Source: Octopus sinensis
Taxonomy: Eukaryota
NCBI RefSeq assembly: GCF_006345805.1
Contig: NW_021836131.1
Location: 248,001-312,000 of the forward strand
Length of the DNA stretch: 64,000 nt
Direction of reading: 5' to 3'
A program made the position numbers and the translations under genes. Positions 47,360 through 60,600 of this stretch are shown here, piece by piece (within the stretch, counting starts at the first letter, position 1; each line of letters begins with the position of its first letter). The notes under the pieces are model-generated. The model was given only the letters and a program-made list of their open reading frames with translations, searched no databases and was not told where the DNA came from.

Positions 47360-47700
47360 ATGTCTTTTTCGCACGTTTCGAATAATGAGTTCACTTTGGC
47401 GTCATTCAATGTCCGAGGTTTAAAAGAAGAGCAGAAAAGGGAGGATTTGACACATGATTTAAAATCATATAAGGTCACCATATGCAGCATACAGGAGACT
47501 AAAGTGAGGGATGCAGCTGAGGAGAATTACAGAGAGTATAGACTGCTAAACTCCGAATGTAACCACTACGGACTTGGCTTTGCTATACATCGTTGTCTTA
47601 ATGGGAGAGTCCACAGAGTGTGGAGGATCAGAATACCAGTACTTCAGATAAAAAGTGGTAAGTCGGATAAGGATAGGATACGAAAATATTTCGTGCTGTT
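47360..47700 (+). mobile_element. RTE 5' fragment (APE N-terminus)
   Basis: MSFSHV..FTLASFNVRGL..ICSIQETK..HYGLGFAI, paralogous to 1889 ORF. Confidence 0.85.
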
Positions 47701-48050
47701 CGCTTAGCACCCCGATGGAGACGCCTGGTGAACAAGATTTCTGAACGTGCGGCACAAAAGGGACCTTAGCTAATTTAACATTTCTTTGGTTCTGTGTACG
47801 TGCTATTAATAATAATACGTCATACTGTGAATCTCATTTTCTGAACGACTTCTGGGTAGAATTCAATTGCCTGGAAATTTATGTTTTGCTTGATCTTTTA
47901 CTCGACTGAAAAAGGTCACAAACAAACAAGTACTTTTAATTTATTGTCGACAAGATGACCTTCGAATACCACTAAATTATTATTATTTTTTAAAATAAAT
48001 TAAAAAGGTAATTAATATATGATAAATTGTTATTTTTGTTATGACGTTAA

Positions 48051-49003
48051 ATGGATCCCTCTATTGCTGATTTATCTAAAGAAGAAAGGTTTTATATGTC
48101 TTAAAGCATAAATAAAGATTATTTGTGTACGTCTGTGAATACCTTTGTCATTTTGGCGTCGAACATATAGCCCATATGCTAAGAGAAGAAGTTGATTTAT
48201 TATATTCATGTTAAATAGCTCAAATACGAAAAGCCTATGCATGTTGGAACATCTCCAGGAGTGTTAATGAACTGGTGGACGTTAGAATTACAATAAATTT
48301 AATTTTAGTGTTTTTTGGCAAATATTCTTAGGCACAACTCCTGAAGATGTTAAATCAAACATCCGACGTGAACAATCCCCACATCTACCTGTTAATATTA
48401 TTTTATATAATCAATTTAGAATAGTCCAATGATACGCCACTACGGTCATCCCCAACGTTTTCAATCTTACGGACAGCCGTGAGTTATTAAATAATTTTTC
48501 CAGAATAAATAACTTTCCTGGAGGATATCCGCCAGGGATGCTCGGAGATCCAAGAATGCAGCAACGTTTTATACATGAAAGTCATAGAATGATGCATCCA
48601 AATCGTATGATGGTCAGTATATTTATAAAATGATAAAAAATAGAATCCTCGACTTCCTGGTGGTTATATGATGGGGGATATGAGAGGTATGGGGAATCCC
48701 TCTATGTACGGTCGGCCTAGAATGACGGTTTTGTTGTATTTTATATATTGTAGTCTCCTCGTCAATTCTCTCAATTCGACGAGGCATTGCATGGTAGCTT
48801 TGTTCCGACGAATAATTCGCTCAATAATGTGGATTGTTTGGTTGTATTATTTATAGCATCCTATGATGCCTCGTTACAATGAAATGAACCCAAAGATGAG
48901 ACAGGGGATGTATTTGGCTGCATCCTCTACAGGAAATGAACCTTCTAATAATCCTCAAGAACAAAAGGTTTTGAATCAAGTTGGTGAACATATAGGGATC
49001 TGA
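48051..49003 (+). CDS. Ssdp: SSDP / SSBP2-3-4 family LUFS (LisH) transcription cofactor
   Basis: Spliced N-terminus EERLFVYVCEYLCHFG..LKYEKPMHVGTSPGVLMNWWTVFWQIF matches LUFS domain; followed by G/P/M-rich small exons. Confidence 0.85.
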
Positions 49004-49279
49004 TAATTTGTTTTCTAATGACTCTTTTTATAACTAAACTTGTATTTAATTGTCAATTTTATTTATTTGGTTTTTTCTGTTGAATTTGTGTTATAGTTTA
49101 CGTTTTAAGTAAAAAGTAATATAATTTTTTGAAAATAGAGTTAGAAATTCAAATAAACATTTATTTTATATTCTACAATTGGATATTAACAGAGTATAAA
49201 TAAAGGTAACGTTCTATTCTTAGAAAACATGAAAAGGTTAGGGGTGTTAATTTGACGATACAATTGCTAAACTGGTGTT

Positions 49280-49545
49280 ACTAACAGACATGCTCTTCTG
49301 AGATTCTTACAATAGGATTGCATGTATTTATAGATCTCTTTTTTATTGTAGCAATCTCATAATTAACCCAATCACTCAAACTAGGGCTAAATGTTAGTTT
49401 AAGTTTGTAACGGGGAGTCTGTTCTAACTTTGTGACGATATTCTGGTACTGCTTAGAGAAATACCTGTCTTCTAGTCCAAATAGAAGATTTGGAATGAAA
49501 ACTGTTTGATACAAAAATTTATAAATTTTCGGATCCAAGTAAAAA
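49280..49545 (-). mobile_element. LINE 3' fragment related to 13068-13550
   Basis: LYQTVFIPNLLFGLE..KLEQTPRYKLKL. Confidence 0.55.
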
Positions 49546-49592
49546 CTTCTGATTTGTAATATTTTTAAAAATGTAATCATTCTAGTATAATT

Positions 49593-50911
49593 TTTTTTTT
49601 TTTTTTTAGAACAACTAACAATTAACACCGAAAATAGTTAAGTTCCAGCGGCGAGGACGCAGTGTGCGTTGCCCCGAACAATGGCCAGGCCGATGCGCTG
49701 GCGGAACCAGAGGCTCTCTCTCGAGTCCTTGAGCCTCCTCCCGATGGACTGCCCGACCTTTTTGAGGAACGAGTCAGTCTCCTTTCCTGCAACTCCAGCG
49801 GTCTCCAGGGCGATTGCCGTAACGCGGTAGCGGTCCGCGAGCGAAGAATATTTGTGTATTTTGATCTTTTCGGCGTGGTTTGCAGCCGAACAAGGGTTTG
49901 CCGCAGAAGAATGGATCCTCGATTTCGAAAAGGTATCCACAACGGTGACATCCCATACGAGGGCCTTCCCCGACGAGTACGGGAATATTGTCATCCCGTC
50001 AGGCCTTTTGCCATCTCCCCGATCGAGTCCGACCGGTTCGAGGAGGCACGAATGGCCCGCCATTTCGAGACCGGCCTTTACGATTTCATTGAGGGCCTTG
50101 TGTCTGTGTTCCCTGCCTGCGCTCCTCTTGCAGGAAAGTGGGTGCAGTCCCTTTTCGTCAACGTCCTCACCGCATCTGCAGCGGTGTTTTGCACAAACAT
50201 CCAGGCCGAGACGGTGAGCCACTCCGATGCGTATGGCAGCATCGTCTAGCCACGTCCCGATGCTGGAGAGAGGAAGAGCATTCAGCCAGCTGCCAGAGTG
50301 AGGGGCGGATGCCGCACGAAGGCATGCCAGGCGGTGTTGATCAAGGGTTGCCGAGAGCTCAGACACACGCGCTCGGCATGCGATAGAGTCCCAGGCACGT
50401 TGGGAGGAGAAATCTTCGGGCCTCTCAGAAAAGGAGCGATCCCAGGTAGCGAGCCCATCCGAAAAAGCACCATCCAGGCAAGATCCGAAAGAGTTGAGTA
50501 GGATCTCAGAGGCCAGGTTGTTGCACATCGAAAGGGAGGATAGATATGCCGGAAGTGCCACATCGGATGCAGTGCGGATTCCCGCACCTCCGAATCTCAA
50601 TGGGAGCGAGCATTGGGCCCATCCAGGACCATCGAGGTGTACATTGAGGACGGATTCGGCAGTCTTTTTCAGGATTACGTCGTATGCGGCGAGTAGGTCC
50701 ATATGCAGGAAGCAGGGATTGCTCCTGAGGGTGAAATGAGTTTCGGCATGTGAATGCTGTTCTTCAAGAGGAAAAAGGCAGTGTGCGAGGACAAGATAGA
50801 AAGGTTTGTAGAAAGTCTTTGGAAGTGTTCGGCTTTGGCGGAAAGCATGCATTGGAGCTTCGTGTAGGACAGGGATCCACCGAGAAAGGTGAATCATCGA
50901 TTGGGGTAACG
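49593..50911 (-). mobile_element. 5'-truncated CRE retrotransposon, young insertion
   Basis: Poly(A) (T-run 49591-49607), TSD TTCTAGTATAATT at 49580-49592 and 50912-50924; ORF with CRCG..HPLSC..RH and KRPDG..WDVT RLE. Confidence 0.93.
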
Positions 50912-51192
50912 TTCTAGTATAATTCTTATAAAACACGGAAAAATTTCAAATTTACGTTTGCCTAGCTCAAAAATTATGTGAATTATTAGAAATAAATATA
51001 CAAATATCAACTTATCAAGTTTGAAATGTGGATTTTCTGAGAGCTGAGAATAATCAACAAATCCCTATAAAAATGGAGTCTCATCATTTGTTCACTCCAA
51101 AGGCTCAATACTCCGTTAAGCAATTAAATAGTTAATTAGGTTTTTATTAATAAAGGATAAATCGAGTTAGTGTGAAAATCATGCAACTTTCA

Positions 51193-51487
51193 TCATCGTA
51201 CATGATTATATTCAGCATAATTAACTTCATGATAACGGTCGTCTAAATAGAAATTGTGTTTTTCTATCTTACTTCGAGGTTTTTTTTTCGGAGATATATT
51301 CGGTCTCTAACAATTAAAAAATCAATAAATACTAAATTTTGTTACTCGAGGAACAGCTATTTCATTTCCTGTCTATAAAATTAGTAATTAATTTTCAGAC
51401 TATCCGATAGGACGCATCATCCATTGATATATGAGACTGGTAGGTTTTAAAAATAAAAACACAAATGAATATGGCGAATAAACACAT
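51193..51487 (-). CDS. Micro-exon signal-peptide gene, copy 1
   Basis: 4 exons, GT-AG mini-introns: MCLFAIFICVFIFKTYQSHISMDDASYRI|TGNEIAVPRVTKFK|TEYISEKKPRN|DRYHEVNYAEYNHVR* (one homopolymer correction). Confidence 0.65.
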
Positions 51488-51660
51488 AATTTATTATTTG
51501 ATAAAAAATTTACTTAAATACTCCAATGTATGTACTAAATTTTGAACTTTAGTTTTCATTTATTTTTAAAGCACCTTTGACATTCTTTAGATAAAGTACA
51601 TTATCGAAAAAACTAGTTTTTTATTGATACAGCTGATTTTAACCATTTAATTATAAACTA

Positions 51661-52800
51661 AAGTAAACTCTCTCTAATTTGCCATTTTTGATTCCTGGCG
51701 AAATCGTGGCCAATTTTAGAAATGGCAGATTTCAGAATAAAAGTTTTATTTAAATTTCTAATTAATTTATTTAAAAATAATTAAACTATTTAAATTAATA
51801 AATTGTATTTTTGTTGGAAATATTATTATTACCAAGGAATTAAAAAAAATTAAATTTTATTAAAGTAATATTCAATTCCCAATTGCCTCTTTTTAGAATT
51901 TTTAATATTTCCTTTATATCTTCTTATTGCAGTAATGAATTCCGCATCATTGTCATTTTCAATGTTTTCTAGAAGGCTATTTTCAATCTCTCTTAATTTG
52001 TAATGCATTTCAGCCTTTCTTAATGATTTATGCACTTCTACACGACCCGATTCTTCTTGTTTCTCAATAGAAATTAATTTCTCCTCATCATCAATTGCCT
52101 CCTTTCACTGTAATCTATTGAAATAAATTCTTCTATTCCAATTGGATCATAAATATCTGTTTTGCTTACAATGTCAGCTGGTATATTTTTGTTAAGAAGT
52201 TGTAATTCACATTCTGTACATTTTAGACGTTTGAAACAGTTTAAAATCGTTTGAGATTCCACATCTTCCCATGCCATCTTTACAAACAATGCAGTATCTC
52301 TAAGAGTTAACTTTTTATACGATTCATAGACTGAGTATTTCTCACATTCCAATATATATCCGTTAAATAAAGTAATTTGTGTCTTGTAAAATGTACTTTG
52401 AACGTTTTTATAATGCCCAGATTTATTGGCTGAATATGCCTTGTACTGTATTTTGGAATAAACATTATTTTAATATTTTCCAAATAAAGAGGCTGCCAAT
52501 GGTATGGGTAATTATTTATTAATAACAAAAATAATCTATTTTCAATTTTCAATAAATTGTCAAAATTCGTAATCCAATTCGCAAAAATTGATGCTGTCAT
52601 CTAAGCCCATTCAATTGTAATAAGAAATAAAGGAACTATAATTATAATTCTTGAAACATTTGAGGAATTTTGGTTTCGATCAATGGTGGTTTTAACTTAT
52701 GTGTTCCTGACATATTGGCGCGAAATTTTTATATCCGTCAAATACTCCGAGATGGAATCAATTTATAGAATATTCCTGTCTCATCCAAATTGTAAATATT
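51661..52800 (-). mobile_element. pogo/Tigger element 3' part
   Basis: NLDETGIFYK, MTASIFANW, FIPKYST..IQPINLGIIKTFK; terminus AGTAAACTCTC after TA. Confidence 0.85.
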
Positions 52801-54150
52801 TAGTCCCACCTGTGCAACACCCAAAACAATTTTAGCAACGAGTCCGCTTAATTTTTCTCGGTTAAACGCTGTGAGTCTCAATCCGTCCAAATCATCACCG
52901 TTCTTGAGATAGTATCTGATTCGGGCGAGGTTTGCTTTCAGAACGACAGGTAACGTAGTGCGTAGGCGTCCCCGGAACCGTGGTTTGTTGCATTGGAAGT
53001 AATCCTCCATCACCGTATTTTCGGGTGCGGAGTGGTCCATTCGCAGTATATGTTAAAATAGCTTCCAGTGGGATTCAGCACTGTCATTACAGTGTTTCAA
53101 TTGTCCTCTGTGGAAACTGTTAAGACGTGTCAGTTCCGTATCTGTGCAACCCCAAGTGTAGGAGTTATACATTGTAGAGCTTTGTCCTCAGTTGAACATT
53201 CGCCGATCCATGTGATAGCCATTCTTTCCAGAGTTTGTGCATTGCTGCAGATACCAGCATTTTTCTTTCTGCAATATCCTCACTGTCTCCCGAAAGGGAG
53301 CCAAGTTTTTTTACATGACGCATCTTTCATCGATTTTGTCATTTGATATTGTTAATTCCACAATATCAGTTTTTTTGTTAACATAAAGAAACCATTTGGT
53401 TAATTTATCTAAACCAACTATGAATGGCGGAAAAGTATTTGCCGACATGCTCTTTTATTCAGGATGATCAATGCAAGTACTTATCGAAGAGAGTTTAGAA
53501 GAATGACCGGCCGTAGGTTCTCGAAAGGGCCCTTCGGTTTATGTGATTTTTGAATTGGAGTTAGAGTACCGTTCCCTACGGTTAGAGAATAATTTGATGT
53601 GAACATATCGTTCAGAAATTTAGCAATCATTTCACATAGTGCATATGGCTCGTATTTTAGTAGTTTAGTGTTGATGTTATCGGGTCACGGCGTTTGATTA
53701 TTTTGCAATTTTAAATCGCTGACTGCATTTCTTTAATTTGTTTGAATCGATGAAACGAGCTCGGGCTCCCAGAAAAATATAATTTGACAAAAATGTCGCA
53801 ATCTTGAGTTAAGAATATTTATTGACACCTGTTCCGAGCCGAGTTTGTTGTTGTTCTTAGGAAGTGTATATTTTGAATTTTCCTTTGCTGGTTTCAATGA
53901 AATTGGTTTAGGTTGTTAACTTTTAACCTAGCAATTTCCCATGCCGACGCATTATATATCAAACGTGGGACAAAGAATGTGTTATATAATCTAAGTTTTT
54001 TTTATAGTTAATTTTTGTGCCTTTTCCCGGTTTTATCGTGAGTGCATTCAAAGCGAATGATTTTTATGTATTGCTTTTTATATTGGTTAACTAGTGGTTA
54101 ACCTCCTCACAACGATGCAGGTCTTTCGTAGCTAGATGACTCAAAACTAC
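52800..54150 (-). mobile_element. Degenerate internally deleted RTE
   Basis: PDNINTKLLKY, KPKGPFENLRPVILLNSLR, FRGRLRTTLP. Confidence 0.78.
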
Positions 54151-55512
54151 CGAAGACCTTTGCTTAACGAGGCTGTCAAGCCTTATAGATTAAGTCATCA
54201 TTTAAGAAAGGTTCATAGTTGTTTTTTATGAAAATATAGGTTTATCCAAATAAATCTAACCAGACGCTTGAGTTTTTTAAGGACTACCCACAAAACACAA
54301 AAATTAACAAAAATTGGCATACATTTACTTTGTATATATTTACTTTTGATCATAAAAGGAATGATGATGGTCTTATTGCATCATATAATATGCTTTACTC
54401 ATCGCTAAATCTGGTAAACCCCACACAATTGGCAAACAACTTCTAATTCCATCAATTCGCGAGTACTGACAACGGTTATGGATCAACCCCATCAGAATAT
54501 CATTAAGTCGATTCACTGAGTAACAACACGGTACAGAGACGTATTGGATAGGGCGGATATTCTTGAAAAATATTCTGTGTTTGAAGCATAGTAATAAAGG
54601 AAATTATACTTAACGCAGAAAACATCCAAAAAGAACTCATTTGTAAAACTTTTAAAAATGTACTCATTCTACTATAATTCTTATAAAACACGGAAAATTT
54701 ACAAAATTTCAAATTTACGTTTGTCTAGCTCAAAAATTATGTGAATTATTAGATATAAATATATAAATATCAACTTATTAAGCTTGAATGTGAATTTTCT
54801 GAGAGCTGAGAATAATCAACAAATCCCTGATAAAAACTCATACATGATAACTATTAAAAAAATTTCAAACAGATTTCTGTCTGTGTTGTTTGAGCAGAAG
54901 GAGGAATAAGCAGGGAAAAAATGCATGGAGTCTCATCCTTTGTTCACTCCAAAAGCTCAATACTCCGTCAAGCAATTAAATAGTTAATTAGTTTTTTTAT
55001 TAATAAAGGATAAACCGAGTTAGTATAAAAATCATGCAACTTTCATCATGGTACATGTAAATTTTCATCATAATTAAATTCATGATAAGGGTGGTCTAAA
55101 TAGAAATTGTGTTTTCTATCTTACTTTGAGGTCTTTTTCTGATGATAAATTCGGTCTCTAACAATTAAAAAATCAATAAATACTAAATTTGTTTATTCGA
55201 GGAACAGCTATTTCCTCTCCTGTCTATAAAATTAGTAATTAATTTTCAGACTATCCGATAGAGCGCATCATCTATTGATATATGAGACTGTAGGTTTTAA
55301 AAATAAAAACACAAATGAATATGGCGAATAAAAACACATAATTTATATTTGATAAAAAATTTACTTAAATACTCCAATGTATGTACTAAATTTTGAACTT
55401 TAGTTTTCATTTATTTTTAAAGTACCTTTGACATTCTTTAGATAAGGTACATTATCGAAAAAACTAGTTTTTTTATTGATACAGCTGATTTTAACCATTT
55501 AATTATAAAGTA
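54150..55512. repeat. Diverged copy of the 1.87-kb tandem unit (hAT fragment + micro-exon gene)
   Basis: Colinear with ~60210-61525; a further diverged copy lies at 49545-49592 + 50912-51660. Confidence 0.88.
55046..55339 (-). CDS. Micro-exon signal-peptide gene, copy 2
   Basis: ..SHISIDDALYRI|TGEEIAVPRINKFK|TEFIIRKRPQN|HPYHEFNYDENLHVP*; indels in exon 1 (error or pseudogene). Confidence 0.55.
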
Positions 55513-56202
55513 CAGTAAACTCTCTTTAATTTGCCATTTTGATTCCTGGCAAAATTGTGGCCAATTTTAGAAATGGCAGATTTCAGAATAAAATTTTTAT
55601 TTAAATTTCTAATTAATTATTTAAAAATAATTAAACTATTAAATTAATAAATTGTATTTTTGTTGGAAATTTTATTATTAACCAAGGAATTAAAAAAATT
55701 AAATTTTATTAAAGTAATATTCAATTCCCAATTGCCTCTTTTTAGAATTTTTAATATTTTCTTTATATCTTCTTATTGAAGTAATGAATTCCGCATCATT
55801 GTCATTTTCAATGTTTTCTAGAAGGCTATTTTCAATCTCTCTTAATTTGTAAAGCATTTCAGCCTTGCTTAATGATTTATGCACTTCTACACAACCCGAT
55901 TCTTCTTGTTCCTCAATAGAAATTAATTTCTCCTCATCATCAATTGCCTCCTTTTCACTGTAATCTATTGAAATAAATTCTTCTATTTCAATTGGATCAT
56001 AAATATCTGTTTTGCTTACAATGTCAGCTGGTATATTTATGTTAAGAAGTTGTGATTCACATTCTGTACATTTTAGACGTTTGAAACAGTTTGAAATCGT
56101 TTGAGATTTCACATCTTCCCATGCCATCTTTACAAACAATACAGTATCTCTAAGAGTTAACTTTTTATACGATTCATAGACTGAGTATTTCTCACATTCC
56201 AA
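55513..56202 (-). mobile_element. pogo/Tigger 3' end, duplicate of 51661-52352
   Basis: TA|CAGTAAACTCTC terminus; ORF 55699-56202 nearly identical to 51850-52352. Confidence 0.85.
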
Positions 56203-56204
56203 TA

Positions 56205-56440
56205 ATATTCTTAGGAAACAGAGGCTGCTATGGACCTCTTTCTGTTCTCGGAAATTAAAGTAGGTAAGTAGGTTTTGGGTTTTCGTCGGTTGTCTTGGTA
56301 AAACTCTAAGAGAAAGCAGATTTGTCCAAAGAAATGGTGAATTGCTTACTTCTACACCACTGTTTGATTATGTTCAGATTGGCAGAGAGGTGTCGTTTAG
56401 ATAAAAGTGGGTCTTTTGAGATGTCTAGAATTAACCTGAA
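56205..56440 (-). mobile_element. LINE RT fragment
   Basis: LSANLNIIKQWC...ISLDKS resembles LINE RT domain 6. Confidence 0.45.
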
Positions 56441-57829
56441 TTAACATAGTCTGAATTAAGTAGAATTTCTGTCCGAAGGTCTACGGACATAAGCTCTTTC
56501 ATCTTTATACCCCAATCTCACTCGATTTTCAAAACGAATAAAAAGGTTTCGACCGTAAAATTGTGAAAACATCAATCGCATTACTATGAATTCTAAATTT
56601 TAAAAATCGACGAATTTTATTTTCAGGACTGCTAGAGTTTTCAAAGACTAAAATGCTTACAAAGAGGGTGATGTGATTTTTTCATCTTTTTATAAAAAAA
56701 TGGATCATCTGCCATTTTTGTCCCTAAAATTACATTTATGTCAAATCTAATTAACAATAATCTCATTTGTCGAATCTAAATAAATTGATAAAAGCGTCAA
56801 AGTTATTTTTCATGACTTTATCTTGATATATTCATTTAATCAAGTATAAATAGAGCTTTCCTTTTTTAATTCTCAATTTATGTTATTATAGAAACTCTTA
56901 ATCTATATGAGATAAGGCACACGAACCTCTGTAGAACTTTTGCGCTCAAAACACCCACATCTTAGTAAATGAAACTCTGTCACAGTAGTATTTTAGCTTA
57001 TGAAAAAATAAGTTTTCATTTATTTGCACAATAACAGATGAACCACCTATTAAAACTGGATTAGATTCAAAGTATTATTTTATTTTGTTTTTAAAAATAT
57101 CATAAAACTTCATTAACGTTTATCTGAAAAAAGAAGATTCATTACTAATATCAGTACATTTTAAAGTTTTAAAAATAAGTTAGTTGTTTTCCCCCATTTT
57201 AACGGAGCAATTATTATCTTTTAAGATCATTTTTCGCCAAATCTGAAGCAATGTGGTCGATTCGTTCTTTATCCACATATATCTTCATATATATTACTAT
57301 CCATCAATAAGATAGTTACTTTGAGGTGCGACTAGCTTATTATACGGTTTCTAACAGAACTATAAGATCGACACTCGGTCTTAACGTACACCCATGTTGT
57401 ATTCTCCCTCTGAAGGGTCATCAAATGTCTTTTAGGGGATTTCTTTTCTTTCGGAAACCTTCGAGCCTTCTGGAGAAAGAAAATGACTTCAGTTAATAGT
57501 GTGATTGTCGGTAGTCCTTCAATTTTGAATATTTTCCCATGACAACTGTATCACTAATCCCCATAAGTCGGTCAAAAATTCAAGATTTTATTTAAAAAAA
57601 TATAATATTTACAAATTCGGCATTTTTTTATTTTTGGATCTAATAATTTATCTGGAGCCTTATTTTGTAATGGACGAAATTCAAATACCCTCATTTATTA
57701 GTTTGGTTCCTCAGTATAATAAGAAAGTTTTCAAAAAATCTTAGTTGCACATAAAATTAATCTGTTTTATTTTTACAAGTTCCAGGCAGTTGCTGACATA
57801 ACGTTTAAATGTATAAAAAATCCACGAGT

Positions 57830-58285
57830 ATCGACGACAAATTTATGTCTAAATCGATGGCTTGCACCAATGCCCATATCTGATGAGGAAAATTCACATT
57901 TTGATATCTACGTCACCTATTCTTAAGCTGACGCCTAACTCCGTACTCAATAAATCTTTTCCTGACGTTCACTGTTCTGAATTGCTTCTCGACCGTCCGG
58001 CTCACACAAACTTGGCTCGTTTCCGTTCTGATCATCACTCCTCATTAAACCACTATGCACACAAAATGGACATCTCGATCTCCTCCTATTGTCCCATTTG
58101 CCGTGTTGACGAGCACACAACTGCCCATCTATTCCGCTGTCCTGGTTTTCTTTCGGTTCGTAAAAAATTTGCCATTCACTCCCCGGAGGTCCTATGGGAG
58201 AACCTGGGAGGGCGCTGTGTTTCTGCAAGCTGCTGGTCTCATAACTTAATGTGAGATCGGGTTATGCAACAACAAGAAAGAAAGT
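57830..58285 (+). mobile_element. 3' end of I/Ingi-like LINE
   Basis: LARFRSDH..CPIC..HTTAHLFRCP..LWE; CAA/GAAA tail. Confidence 0.78.
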
Positions 58286-58289
58286 TACA

Positions 58290-58905
58290 ATCATCTCGCT
58301 GCTTGTGCCATACCCCGTAAGATTTTGTCTATTAGACACCTCCACGCTCTTCTCGAGATTGCGATTTTTCGGATACTGTCAAGATCGTCTGTATTTTCTA
58401 GTAGCAATCCGACATGTTTAAGGTCGTTATTTAAGATTAGTGGTAGCGTTGTCCGTAGCCTGTTACGAAAAATCCCAGAGCATTAAAAGTATGTTTCCAT
58501 GATGTCATTAGCAGGAACTAAGGGATCCATCCGTACTATGGGATCATAGAGTCCCCAACGGCTCTTAGTGATAGTTGCATCTAATTGTTCTATTTTGAAA
58601 AAGGAGTATAGGTCTTGGTTCTTTATCTTCATTGGATAGTGTATTTTTAGTAATGACCTAAATTGTTTTCTGTGGAAAGCATTGAGATTTTCTACACATT
58701 ACAGATTCTGGCCCTATGTTCCTGAGTTGTATAGTAAAATGGGCAGAATGAAAGCATTGTACAAACGTACTTTTACGGGATTTGAGAGATGCGTGTAGCT
58801 TAGCTATGTCGATTTAAGTCTCTTCAGTGGTAATGTTGACAGTATCTTTCTTCTTTGGACATCTTCCAAGTCACCAAGCAGTGACCCGACTTTTCTTGTT
58901 TTGTA
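58290..58905 (-). mobile_element. RTE 3' fragment
   Basis: KVGSLLGDLEDVQRRK, LYNAFILPILLYNSG. Confidence 0.8.
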
Positions 58906-59168
58906 TATATGAAGTATTAATAAAAATGTGATAATAAATCGACTTGCAAATACGAGAGTTATATTTGAAGAAGAGTAATAAAGGAAGTTATATTTAACGC
59001 AGAAAAACATCGGAAGAGGACTGATTTGTAATATTTTTTAAAATGTACTCATTCTACTATAATTCTTATAAAACACGGGCTCAATACTCCGTTAAGCAAT
59101 TAAATAGTTAATTAATTTTTTATTAATAAAGGATAAATCGAGTTAGTATGAAAAACATGCAACTTTCA

Positions 59169-59478
59169 TCATCGTACATGATTATATTCATCATGATTAT
59201 CTTCATGAAAACGGTCGTCTGAATTGAAATTGAATTTTTCTAGAATCTAAAAAGAAAATCTTACTTCGAGTTTTTTTCCTGGAGATAAATTCGGTCTCTA
59301 ACAATTAAAAAATCAATAAATACTAGGTTTGTTTATTCGAGGAACAGCTATTTCCTCTCCTGTCTATAAAATTAGTAATTAAATTTTAGACTATCCGATA
59401 GAATGCATCATCTTTTGATATATGAGACTGGTAGGTTTTAAAAATAAAAACACAAATGAATATGGCGAATAAACACAT
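59169..59478 (-). CDS. Micro-exon signal-peptide gene, copy 3
   Basis: MCLFAIFICVFIFKTYQSHISKDDAFYRI|TGEEIAVPRINKPK|TEFISRKKTRN|DRFHEDNHDEYNHVR*; frame intact; third intron lengthened but still GT-AG. Confidence 0.72.
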
Positions 59479-59894
59479 AATGTATTATTTGAAAAAATTT
59501 ACTTAAATACTCCAATGTATGTACTAAATTTTGTACTTTAGTTTTCATTTATTTTTAAAGTACTTTTGACATTATTTAGATAAGGTACATTATCGAATAA
59601 AAAACTAGTTTTTTATTGACACACCTGATTATAACCATTAAATTATAGAAGTACTTCTTTTAAAATTGAAAAAAACTAGCAGTTGATTTATTGACTAATT
59701 ATTGAATTCGTCAATGTCATGAATCGATGATTTCAAAACCCAGATTACTGTTCTTATCAAATTTTAGATACTGGATTGAATTTCTAAATATTAATCATAA
59801 AATGGTATGGTGTGTGCGCACCGACTTCAAACTAGCAAATTACAGCTGAATTGTAAAAATCCTTTCCTTATAATTAAAAAACATTCATATAAAA

Positions 59895-60600
59895 CAGGGT
59901 TTCCCAAAGTGGGCGATACAAAATTTTAAGGTGGCGTTTATGACTAAATCGTTTACTCGTGGTGATATATATTTAAAGGGGGAGATGAAAATTATTTATA
60001 AATATTAGATTATATTGAGATATTAGATTTTTAGAATGGAAAGCCTATTTTAAACACTTGTTTTATTTTAATTTGTGTTGGTGTTTTAATGGACCCAAAT
60101 TTGTCTGTTTGTAGAATAACTCGTCAGTATAATATTATGTATATAAAATATGGTTTCACTACAACTCCTATTGAAGAAAAACGAACTTTTGTTTGATATG
60201 CGAAAGTCGTTTTCTAACGAGGCTGTCAAGCTTTCTAGATTAAGTCATCATTTAAGAAAGGTTCATATTGGTATTTTATGAAAATATAGGTTTATCCAAT
60301 TTAATCTAACCAGCCGCTTGAGTTTTTTAAGGATACTCACAAAACACAAAAATCAACAGAAATGGGCAAATATATTACTTTTGATCATAAAATGAATGAT
60401 GGTGGTCTTATTGCATAATATTGCTTTACTCATCGCTAAATCTGGTAAACCCAACACAATTGGCGAAGAACTTCTAATTCCATCAATTCTCGAAGTACTA
60501 ACTAACAACGGTTATGCACCAACCTCATCAGATTATCATTAAGTCGATTCCACTGAGTAACAACACGGTACAGAGACGTATTGGATAGGCGAATATTCCT
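59895..60600 (+). mobile_element. hAT/Charlie 5' end within tandem unit (repeated at 61769, 63629; partial at 54150)
   Basis: TIR CAGGGTTTCCCAAAGT; RQYN..KYGF, FSNEAVKLSRL..HL..VH, IAKSGKPNTIGEELLIP, SIPLSNNTVQRRI (ZBED5/SCAND3-type N-terminus). Confidence 0.85.

Noticed and set aside
49662-50249. 195-aa plus-strand ORF (and 37996-38559 minus, 22344-22751 plus)
   Set aside because: Antisense shadows of GC-richer retrotransposon ORFs.
56500-57800. MULE-like transposase remnant
   Set aside because: Only a vague motif resemblance, no TIR/TSD identified.
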